From a virus (Duplodnaviria > Heunggongvirae > Uroviricota > Caudoviricetes), in the IMG/VR virus record IMGVR_UViG_2585427748_000007, positions 1 through 12,290 of that record: a stretch of DNA of 12,290 bases, one strand, 5' to 3'. Below the pieces are notes generated by a model. The model saw only the letters and a list, made by a program, of their open reading frames with translations, searched no databases and was not told where the DNA came from. Below, one piece after another: positions 1 through 7,840 of this stretch. The first letter of the stretch is position 1. Every line of letters starts with the position of its first letter. The translations under genes were made by a program, and so were the position numbers.

Positions 1-218
1 ATATTGTCCAGGTCGCGACGACGCTTATCCGGTGGCTCTGCAATCACCTTTATCGCCAGCCTTCCGGACAGGCTTAATTTCAGCCGCTGCTGGCGAACAA
101 TAAGCGCCACAGCCCGGCGATAACGCTTTCCCTCCTCCGAGATAAAATATGTGCTGCCACGGCGTCGCCAGTAAGTGTTCACCGTCGGCGGGTAAGGTAA
201 AACCAAATCTATGAGCAT
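1..218 (-). CDS. rusA: RusA-like Holliday junction resolvase, N-terminal 72 codons; gene runs off the window edge
   Basis: Minus-strand frame absent from the ORF track because it has no in-window stop. ATG at 218..216 follows AAGAGG. Translation MLIDLVLPYPPTVNTYWRRRGSTYFISEEGKRYRRAVALIVRQQ...AEPPDKRRRDLDN shows the RusA hallmarks (LP.PPS.N.Y and PD.RRRDLDN). It starts 13 nt after the DUF968 stop. Confidence 0.7.
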   Translation of the reverse strand, partial: MLIDLVLPYPPTVNTYWRRRGSTYFISEEGKRYRRAVALIVRQQRLKLSLSGRLAIKVIAEPPDKRRRDLDN

Positions 219-230
219 CAGTCACCTCTT

Positions 231-1277
231 TTACCCAAGCACGCCAGTTGCAAAGGCGTGATCAAGAAAACGAAAAATTAAATCAACCTGAGAACCATGC
301 TTTTCTTCGAACGCCAGCGGATCCGCATGAAGCTCGTTGTGATGCTCCCGACACAGCGGTAGCGTGAAAATATCGTGAGATTTTGTCCCCATTCCGCCCT
401 GACCATGACCAATCAGGTGATGGGGATCGTCGGCTGGCTTACCACAACACGCACACGGCTGTGTCTTTACCCAGCGCGTATATTTCTCATTTACCCAACG
501 GCGACGTTTAGGTCGCTTCATTAAAGATTCCGGAGACTCCGGATCAACAGCAATGCTGACCACCGTCTTTTCCTGTGGCGGGGTTTGCTGGTGGGCGTGA
601 GGCAGCGGCGCAAGATTTTTTGTGCGCTGCTTCAGTATGCTGGTGGCGGTCTGCTCTCCCGGTACGATGTCGCTTTCACGGTACATTGAGCGGATTTTTT
701 CCGCACGCAACCCCAGCGAACGACGTAATACCGCTTCCGGTAGCGCGTCCGCCACCTGATTGCGGACCGCCCACCAGGATAATTCAGCCAGCGATAATTC
801 CCGCTCCTGCGTGCCATTCATTGCATGGCGTATGACGTCAATCATCCATGCTGACAGGTTTTGGTGAGCAAGTTGCCCGAGTGATTCGGAAGTCTGGTCA
901 CGCAGCTGGTTGTCGCAGTGCCAGCACAACACCATCGCGCCGGTACCGTAACGATGTATGACGGTTTCACTGTGATGGTAGTCACCATGAGGCCACTGGC
1001 AGGATTTGACATGACGCAGGAGCCAGTCAGACAGTGCACCAGCACCGCCTGCAGCGCGAATCACCCGTTCGTTGCTGAAAAATGACAGTAATGATTTATC
1101 TTCCGCCAGCGGCTGGCGAACGGCAGGAACGACTCCAGACGGCAGCCCGCGCATGCTTTTCGGTTCAGGCTCCACCAGCACTCGAGGGTTATGAAATACC
1201 TGCATGGATTCACGGCCCGGCTTAAGGACCACCAGCCCGAACTCCGGTACCAGAACAGGTCGAAGTAATACCCGCAC
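231..1277 (-). CDS. DUF968 family phage protein (YdfU-like, HNH-like Cys/His-rich C-terminus)
   Basis: 348-codon ORF. Start codon is GTG (1277..1275) with GGAGG 4 nt upstream. C-terminal segment QPCACCGKPADDPHHLIGHGQGG...LCREHHNELH resembles DUF968 proteins of lambdoid nin regions. Family assignment is from memory. Confidence 0.6.
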   Translation of the reverse strand: MRVLLRPVLVPEFGLVVLKPGRESMQVFHNPRVLVEPEPKSMRGLPSGVVPAVRQPLAEDKSLLSFFSNERVIRAAGGAGALSDWLLRHVKSCQWPHGDYHHSETVIHRYGTGAMVLCWHCDNQLRDQTSESLGQLAHQNLSAWMIDVIRHAMNGTQERELSLAELSWWAVRNQVADALPEAVLRRSLGLRAEKIRSMYRESDIVPGEQTATSILKQRTKNLAPLPHAHQQTPPQEKTVVSIAVDPESPESLMKRPKRRRWVNEKYTRWVKTQPCACCGKPADDPHHLIGHGQGGMGTKSHDIFTLPLCREHHNELHADPLAFEEKHGSQVDLIFRFLDHAFATGVLG

Positions 1278-1278
1278 G

Positions 1279-1557
1279 TTACCTCCAGATGCGTTGCTGA
1301 TATGTGCGGGACGGACGCGGTGGGCGTTCGGAATAAGGGAGTCTGACGTAGATTATCCAGTGACGATAATCGAGGGTGAGGGCTTTCTTAACCTCGTATC
1401 CGCGCCTGCGGTAACACTGAATCAGCCATTCAGCCTGTTCTTCGGTGCAGGGGTCGTGCTGATACCAGTCAGATTTGAATGCATGAGAACGCCGCCCGTG
1501 CCTGCTGGCAAAGACGGCTGAATTATCAGAATTGTATGGTTTGGTATCGTGCGCCAT
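1279..1557 (-). CDS. hypothetical phage protein (92 aa)
   Basis: ORF-track start at 1638 is TTG and would overlap the upstream terminator hairpin. First ATG is at 1557..1555 (MAHDTKPYNS...). Its TAA stop lies 1 nt before the DUF968 GTG start. Ribosome-binding site is weak. Confidence 0.45.
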   Translation of the reverse strand: MAHDTKPYNSDNSAVFASRHGRRSHAFKSDWYQHDPCTEEQAEWLIQCYRRRGYEVKKALTLDYRHWIIYVRLPYSERPPRPSRTYQQRIWR

Positions 1558-1625
1558 CTGTTTTCTCTGCTGGCGCAGCAGGTGCCAGTTGTTCAGGCTG
1601 GCGTGTGGATTGTAAACCAGAATGC

Positions 1626-1655
1626 CAGGAAAAAACAAAACCCGCGAAGCGGGTT
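1626..1655 (-). terminator. rho-independent terminator after the restriction endonuclease gene
   Basis: Stem AACCCGC (1639-1645), loop GAA, stem GCGGGTT (1649-1655). On the minus strand the hairpin is followed by TTGTTTTTTCC. It sits 73 nt downstream of the endonuclease stop. Confidence 0.5.
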
Positions 1656-1727
1656 AGTAAAAATGTACTGAAGTCAATGACGTGCCATCACAGTTAAAAT
1701 ATGACAGACTCTATTTACGTAGAGATG

Positions 1728-2606
1728 TCAGACTGCAAGATCCAAGGGAAGATCAGAAATATCCTTTAATCTTTTACCATTAACCATCACGGAAAGCATG
1801 TCAGCTGCATCGCTGAGCCCCAGTATTTCAACTGCTGATATAAGTTCATAAAGCGCAAAATGATACACGCAATCTATATCACCAGTACCAAGAGCAATAG
1901 ACGCCAGACGACTTGGAGTAGGCTCAGCAGTAACAACCATTACATGAGGGAGATTTCCCTTACGGTTGCGAATAAGATTTAATGCCTCAGAACGAGCATT
2001 CTGGGCCCGGTCGCTTCTTATTGTCCATTTGCAGGAAATACTTGCGTGTAATATTGGTTTCCCACCATTCGAACTCCTGAGAGCTGACATGCGGGTAACA
2101 GAATCATCCACCAGTAATTCAGGACTGTTGATAACTTGATCACATTCAGGTTCTCTTTCAACAATAATATCTGGTGAAATCGTATAATCACTCCCCAGTG
2201 CAGCAGCTAGCTGAGGATTACTTTTTGCAGCACTATCCAATGCTATAAGATGGGCATATTGTTCATATTTAGCTATCTCTAATCTGTTTCTACCAGAAAC
2301 CTGATGTACATTCCATTTTCCAGGGCGTAAGTGGCTGAGTTTAAAAAAGGTTTTTTCTATAAACTCTGCGCAGATACTCTCAAACTGATTACCAGATGTT
2401 TGCCCTGCAACACGTTCACCAATCGTTTCAGCCTGCAAGAAGCGAGCAATTTCTCTTGCTATAGCTTTACTGTTTTTGTTACTGCTATCTGCGTTACTAA
2501 CAACTCCGGCAGTATTAATTGTGAGCGTATTCAGTAACAATTGGGCATGAAACTCCTTTCTGGCTTCAGCAAAACCAACTATGCTGTCAACCAAATCTCC
2601 ATTCAT
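1728..2606 (-). CDS. Type II restriction endonuclease, NgoMIV/Cfr10I/Bse634I-like (292 aa)
   Basis: Start chosen at ATG 2606..2604 (MNGDLVDS...), 13 nt after the methyltransferase stop, preceded by AAGGAAATCCAGAA. Contains ISPDIIVERE and SCKWTIRSDRAQNARSE, i.e. a PD...S-x-K...E arrangement with K-to-E spacing of 14, as I recall for the Cfr10I/NgoMIV active site. Family call is from motif memory, not a search. Confidence 0.6.
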   Translation of the reverse strand: MNGDLVDSIVGFAEARKEFHAQLLLNTLTINTAGVVSNADSSNKNSKAIAREIARFLQAETIGERVAGQTSGNQFESICAEFIEKTFFKLSHLRPGKWNVHQVSGRNRLEIAKYEQYAHLIALDSAAKSNPQLAAALGSDYTISPDIIVEREPECDQVINSPELLVDDSVTRMSALRSSNGGKPILHASISCKWTIRSDRAQNARSEALNLIRNRKGNLPHVMVVTAEPTPSRLASIALGTGDIDCVYHFALYELISAVEILGLSDAADMLSVMVNGKRLKDISDLPLDLAV

Positions 2607-2619
2607 TTCTGGATTTCCT

Positions 2620-3744
2620 TCAGGCTGCTTGACTATTCTTACTGATGTTATTCTTATACCGTCCCTGCAAAACTCCATACACATATTGTGCGATTTTTGC
2701 CGCAAATAGCGGTGGAACAGCATTCCCGATCTGCTTTGCAATCTCAGTTTTTGAACCGGTAAAAATGAAATTATCAGGAAAAGACATTAATCTCGCTGCC
2801 TCACGATGAGTTATTGGCCGATCCTCTTCCGGATGTAAATATCGCCCTTTCTCCGGTTTGAAAAACTCAGTACGAATCGTTACTGAAGGTCTGTCCCACC
2901 ACAGACGTCCAAACAAATCGGTCCCTCCAGATTTCTTTTTTAGCCAGCACGCCGGGGTTATATCAGGTCTTTTTTTCTGTAAATCGAAACGGTTACCTCC
3001 TGGTGGAACCGCTTTATATCGCTCCAGAGAAACAGGTGTGGGATTACGCCCAAAATGTAAGTTCAGCGGAGGAAGTTCATTACGAATATCAGTTCCAACA
3101 GGAGCAGGTAAGTCACCAATTGCATCACGCGTACAGACCCATTCAGGCAAAGCGACATCCTTATCAGGGGAACGATGCGTTGGTGCTGGCGGGAACGCCG
3201 GAATACTATGCACATCGAAGAGTTCTCGTTTGATACCGATTGCTATCGTTCGTTTTCTTGTCTGAGGTACTCCATAGTCAGCAGTATTCAACACCATTGG
3301 ATTAAGCAGAATAAAGCCCATGGATTTCGCTCTAAACGTAATGTCCGCAAACTCATCGCTTATCAGCAATCCGGGGACATTTTCCATGACGAACATACAA
3401 GCCCTTGAACGCTCAATGACATCCATATAAGGCTCCCACAATGCTCTTCGGTGATCACCATAACGATTCTTATTTAATAAACTGAATCCCTGACACGGGG
3501 GGCCACCTATGACCACATCAGCCTCAGGAACAGTATTGCTGGATGCCCACTCCTCAATATTTGCCTGAACTCCATGCAAACCAAAATTGGCATTGTAGGT
3601 ATTTATAGCTGCAGCATTATTATCAATAGCAAGGATACTTTCAAAGTAGTCAGACATCTCTCCATGAAGAAAACCATAAGATAATCCACCTGCCCCACAA
3701 AAGAGGTCTATCACTCTGAATTTATTTAATTCTTTCATCCGCAT
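2620..3744 (-). CDS. DNA (cytosine-5)-methyltransferase (374 aa)
   Basis: Canonical C5-MTase motifs in order: I FCGAGGLSYGF, IV GGPPCQGFS, VI FVMENVPGL, VIII GVPQTRKRTIAIG, X QIGNAVPP. ATG at 3744 with GAGG 7 nt upstream. Confidence 0.85.
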   Translation of the reverse strand: MRMKELNKFRVIDLFCGAGGLSYGFLHGEMSDYFESILAIDNNAAAINTYNANFGLHGVQANIEEWASSNTVPEADVVIGGPPCQGFSLLNKNRYGDHRRALWEPYMDVIERSRACMFVMENVPGLLISDEFADITFRAKSMGFILLNPMVLNTADYGVPQTRKRTIAIGIKRELFDVHSIPAFPPAPTHRSPDKDVALPEWVCTRDAIGDLPAPVGTDIRNELPPLNLHFGRNPTPVSLERYKAVPPGGNRFDLQKKRPDITPACWLKKKSGGTDLFGRLWWDRPSVTIRTEFFKPEKGRYLHPEEDRPITHREAARLMSFPDNFIFTGSKTEIAKQIGNAVPPLFAAKIAQYVYGVLQGRYKNNISKNSQAA

Positions 3745-3922
3745 CCATATGCCTCAGATTAATGTTGAGCGTCTTACAGGACGCGTAATGTTAACTGGGG
3801 CTTTCTCTATCTGCCTTTTGGTGTTCATGCCTGAGGCAGACAGCCTCAGGCACCCGCAGCAATTCTACTTAACTCACGTCACCTCGCCAATATGAAATCA
3901 ATCAGAAAGGTGATCCATAAAA

Positions 3923-4609
3923 TCACTCCTTCTCTTCTTTTCCGTAGTGGAGTTGGCCAATTTTGATAAGAGGGCGTCCCTGAGATTTGCGGTGTAGATT
4001 GGTATCGCGCAGAGAATACACACAGCCACAATATTCCTGCTGATAGAATTTTTCGCGCTTGCTGATTTCAATCATACGGGACGAGCCGCCCTGCTTGCGC
4101 CAGTTATAATCCCAGTACACCATACCCGGATAATGCGCAACAGCTCGCCGCCCACACTCGTTAACCTGCTGCATATTTTTCCAGCGTGAAATGCCCAGTG
4201 AACTGCTGATCACACTGAAACCATTTTCAGCAGCGTACAACGCTGTCCGCTCAAAACGCATGTCAAAACACATGGTACAACGGATCCCCCTCTCAGGCTC
4301 CCATTCCATTCCTTTGGCACGTTCAAACCAGTTGTCGGTGTCGTAATCAGCATCGATAAACGGCACGCCGTGTTGTTCAGCAAAGCGAATATTTTCATCC
4401 TTACGAATTAAATACTCTTTCTGAGGATGAATGTTCGGGTTGTAGAAAAAGATGGTGTAGTCGATTCCCGAGGCCTGAAGCGCCTCCATCACTTCACCGG
4501 AACATGGAGCACAGCAAGAGTGCAGTAGTAGTTTGTTTGCCCCGTTTGGGAGTTCCAATTTAGGCCGTTTGAAATCAGCAATAGTCATAAATATTTTTAT
4601 TGGGGTCAT
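3923..4609 (-). CDS. QueH-like (DUF208) putative epoxyqueuosine reductase-family protein (228 aa)
   Basis: N-terminal [13 protein letters not shown] plus downstream CTMC and C-terminal YCGCVYS Cys motifs, matching my recollection of the DUF208/QueH Fe-S signature. Start could be ATG 4609 or ATG 4588; neither has a strong ribosome-binding site. Confidence 0.55.
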   Translation of the reverse strand: MTPIKIFMTIADFKRPKLELPNGANKLLLHSCCAPCSGEVMEALQASGIDYTIFFYNPNIHPQKEYLIRKDENIRFAEQHGVPFIDADYDTDNWFERAKGMEWEPERGIRCTMCFDMRFERTALYAAENGFSVISSSLGISRWKNMQQVNECGRRAVAHYPGMVYWDYNWRKQGGSSRMIEISKREKFYQQEYCGCVYSLRDTNLHRKSQGRPLIKIGQLHYGKEEKE

Positions 4610-4762
4610 GAAAATAGCACAGAGTGTAGCATCAGAGCAGGGCTATCGGGAATATATGTCTAAATCTGGTAATATCTGGTTTTGACGCAAAGCGGACAAC
4701 CACGCTGGCTCTACCCTGCGCCATGAAAATGTCAATTCACATCTGAACTAATGCTCTTTAAT

Positions 4763-4766
4763 CTAG
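4763..4766. repeat. IS5 target-site duplication CTAG (left copy)
   Basis: CTAG directly abuts the IS5 terminal inverted repeat. The same tetranucleotide flanks the other end at 5963-5966. IS5 makes 4-bp duplications at YTAR targets. Confidence 0.8.
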
Positions 4767-5962
<1,196 letters not shown>

Positions 5963-5966
5963 CTAG
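5963..5966. repeat. IS5 target-site duplication CTAG (right copy); also supplies the TAG stop of the adjacent gene
   Basis: CTAG immediately outside the IS5 inverted repeat. On the minus strand, 5965..5963 reads TAG, the stop codon of the 131-aa gene. Confidence 0.8.
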
Positions 5967-6358
5967 TAACGTCTAAAATACCTAACATTTCCTTGATAAA
6001 ATGTCAGTACACGCTGCATAGCTTCGCTCTTCCGGCACTCGCGACAGATTATATTCAGGCGCCTGTCGTAGCGGCGTATTTCTCCGTCTGGTAACTTTCG
6101 AATCAGTGTCGGGTCAGCAGCCTTCTCCGGTGTCTTACGCCATACGCGATACGCCTGCTCTGATGGAAATACCCCGCAATCACAGAGCCAGACATCACCA
6201 CTGGCCGCAAGCGCACCAGATAAACGACGAATAGCGGTCTTACTGACACCCGTTTTATCTGCCAGTTGTCGAAAAGTTTCTCGTCCGCTCAGGCGCACGA
6301 ATTCCACAATGCGCGCCTTCACTTCTTCCCGCTCTTCTGGTGTAAATACTTTTGCCAT
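5963..6358 (-). CDS. hypothetical phage protein with HTH-like segment and Cys cluster (131 aa)
   Basis: ORF-track start at 6373 is TTG. ATG at 6358..6356 (MAKVFTPEE...) follows GGAGG with a 5-nt spacer. Contains TFRQLADKTGVSKTAIRRL (HTH-like) and CDC...CRECR. Stop codon lies in the IS5 duplication. Confidence 0.5.
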   Translation of the reverse strand: MAKVFTPEEREEVKARIVEFVRLSGRETFRQLADKTGVSKTAIRRLSGALAASGDVWLCDCGVFPSEQAYRVWRKTPEKAADPTLIRKLPDGEIRRYDRRLNIICRECRKSEAMQRVLTFYQGNVRYFRRY

Positions 6359-6373
6359 AAGCGCCTCCGGCAA

Positions 6374-7144
6374 TCACTTTTCCGACACAATACGACCGGA
6401 TGAATCGACAATCTGTCGAACAATATCCCGGTGCTTGTACAGCTCCCGCAGCGCGGCGCAGACTCGCTCCCACTTCTGAACCTGACCTTTTGCCCGGCGC
6501 AGCTCGCGGTTAGCCACATGCAGCGATGGTAAAATCAGACCATCCGGATGTTTTCTGGTGAACGACGGCTGTGACTGCACTGTGACCGCCACACTTTCAG
6601 TTTTTATTTCTTCCTGTGTTTCCGCTTCCCGGACAGGTAACGCAATACCTGCTGGCTGAGGAATGGCTTTACCATCCGTTTCCGCTACGGATGCAGCTTC
6701 CGGCTCTGCCGGTAAATCAGCGCCCGGTATGCAGTAACGAAATTTACCGTTCTGATTTACGCGTGCCAGGCGCCCCGTTGCTGTTACGACCGCCAACGTG
6801 GAAGCAACCTTGCGAATGCTAACACCGAACTTATCCGCCAGTTCCTCACACGTTTTAGCCCCATCCTGACAGATAAACTCAATCATCATGTCCGCGGTAA
6901 CTTTTTGTTCGACCTCCCCGGTCAGCATATCCTGTGCTTCAGATTTTACTGGCCGCTCTTCGGTTACCCGGGATTCACCTTCGCCAGCCAGAAACCAGGT
7001 GTGACCAGTTTTATCAACGACGCCATTTCTTTTGAGTTCCCACAGCTCGTTGACAGCCTCTTCACGACTGATTCCAAGGCGAGCTGCCACCACATGTGAA
7101 GAGGCTTTTTTCAGTGCTTTCAGTGCGTCAAATACGGTTTCCAT
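6374..7144 (-). CDS. hypothetical phage protein with two winged-helix-like segments (256 aa)
   Basis: ORF-track start at 7162 is TTG. ATG at 7144..7142 (METVFDALK...) follows GGAGGA. Its TGA stop is 15 nt upstream of the ATG of the 131-aa gene. Function not recognised. Confidence 0.5.
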   Translation of the reverse strand: METVFDALKALKKASSHVVAARLGISREEAVNELWELKRNGVVDKTGHTWFLAGEGESRVTEERPVKSEAQDMLTGEVEQKVTADMMIEFICQDGAKTCEELADKFGVSIRKVASTLAVVTATGRLARVNQNGKFRYCIPGADLPAEPEAASVAETDGKAIPQPAGIALPVREAETQEEIKTESVAVTVQSQPSFTRKHPDGLILPSLHVANRELRRAKGQVQKWERVCAALRELYKHRDIVRQIVDSSGRIVSEK

Positions 7145-7177
7145 TAATATTTCCTCCGACAAAATCGTTTCTCAGAT

Positions 7178-7840
7178 TCAAATAAAACCAGCTGCCTTCC
7201 GGCGTTCGTATTCCTGTTTCAGCCGTTCAATTGGCGTTGGCCCTTGCGGGTGTTTCGCCCCTTCCAGTTGTCGTCGCACTGGCGGAACACTCATCCCGTT
7301 ACCAACATGCTTTGCCCATTTCGTCAGTTGCCGTTCCGCAAGTCGTTTTAACTCACCCTGCGTCATCTGGCGCTCAATCCCTCTGGTACGCATTTCGAGG
7401 CAGATGTGGTACAGCACAGGCTGTGGCCACGGGTATTTATCACTCCCGTCGTATCGCCAGGATTCATTGCGCCAGCGCCGGTACTCTTCCATCACTGCAT
7501 CCACCGTAAGACCAAATGGATTTGCCCCACTCTCCGAAATCAGTGCAACAAACTCAGCCAGGTCCGGGGGCCACGTTTCACCCGCCCGGCAGCGGTCCAT
7601 GCACTGACGGCAGACCAGCCGGATTTGCTGTTCAGTCATCGCGCCAATCTGGGCAATCCAGAGCTTCGAAGGTGCGGCCCCGTTCTTCTGTGTCCAGCGG
7701 TTCGAATACACCTCCCCCATAAGCTCCCACAGCTTCCAGGCCGTTTCCGTTGCTGATAAATCCGTTGTCACGTTCCCACTGTTCGCGTGCTGCCCGGATT
7801 TCCTGAACTGCCCGTGATGCCGTGCCACCTGATGCTGCAT
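7178..7840 (-). CDS. replication protein P-like (helicase loader), lambda P family
   Basis: Recalled similarity to lambda P: GETWPPDLAEFVAL vs PFLPSPGQFVAW, YPWPQPVLYHICLEMR vs YPWKSNAHYWLVTNLYQNMR, ELKRLAERQL vs ELRRKAADEL. ATG 7840 has AAGGGGG upstream. The N-terminal 209 nt overlap the O-like ORF out of frame; an alternative start ATG 7639 forms ATGACTGA with the O-like stop. Confidence 0.6.
   Translation of the reverse strand: MQHQVARHHGQFRKSGQHANSGNVTTDLSATETAWKLWELMGEVYSNRWTQKNGAAPSKLWIAQIGAMTEQQIRLVCRQCMDRCRAGETWPPDLAEFVALISESGANPFGLTVDAVMEEYRRWRNESWRYDGSDKYPWPQPVLYHICLEMRTRGIERQMTQGELKRLAERQLTKWAKHVGNGMSVPPVRRQLEGAKHPQGPTPIERLKQEYERRKAAGFI

Noticed and set aside
25-225. 66-aa minus-strand ORF from the track
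   Set aside because: GTG start, no features, and it overlaps out of frame the RusA-like frame that starts at ATG 218. Judged spurious.
2607-2741. N-terminal 45-codon extension of the endonuclease ORF, overlapping the methyltransferase 3' end by about 120 nt
   Set aside because: The ATG at 2606 sits 13 nt after the methyltransferase stop with a good AAGGA site. The extension has no ribosome-binding site and would need a long out-of-frame overlap.
575-3408. Plus-strand ORFs overlapping minus-strand genes (575..835, 1204..1521, 1479..1697, 2331..2537, 2858..3265, 3003..3233, 3175..3408) and minus ORFs 632..817, 842..1045
   Set aside because: They lie antisense or out of frame within better-supported genes, lack ribosome-binding sites, and show no motifs.
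4610-4762. Candidate queH promoter and ATCTGGT direct repeats in the IS5-queH spacer
   Set aside because: No hexamer pair with convincing spacing could be fixed by eye. Left uncalled, though the region probably contains the queH promoter or IS5 read-through signals.
6255-7607. Overlapping ORFs in the replication/accessory region (6255..6473, 6319..6519, 6616..6822, 6905..7099, 7032..7607, 7231..7509, 7406..7756, 7516..7722, 7839..8189, 8308..8499, 8506..8772, 8782..9138)
   Set aside because: Alternative frames of GC-rich coding sequence overlapping the O-like, P-like, ydaT and neighbouring genes, with no independent support.
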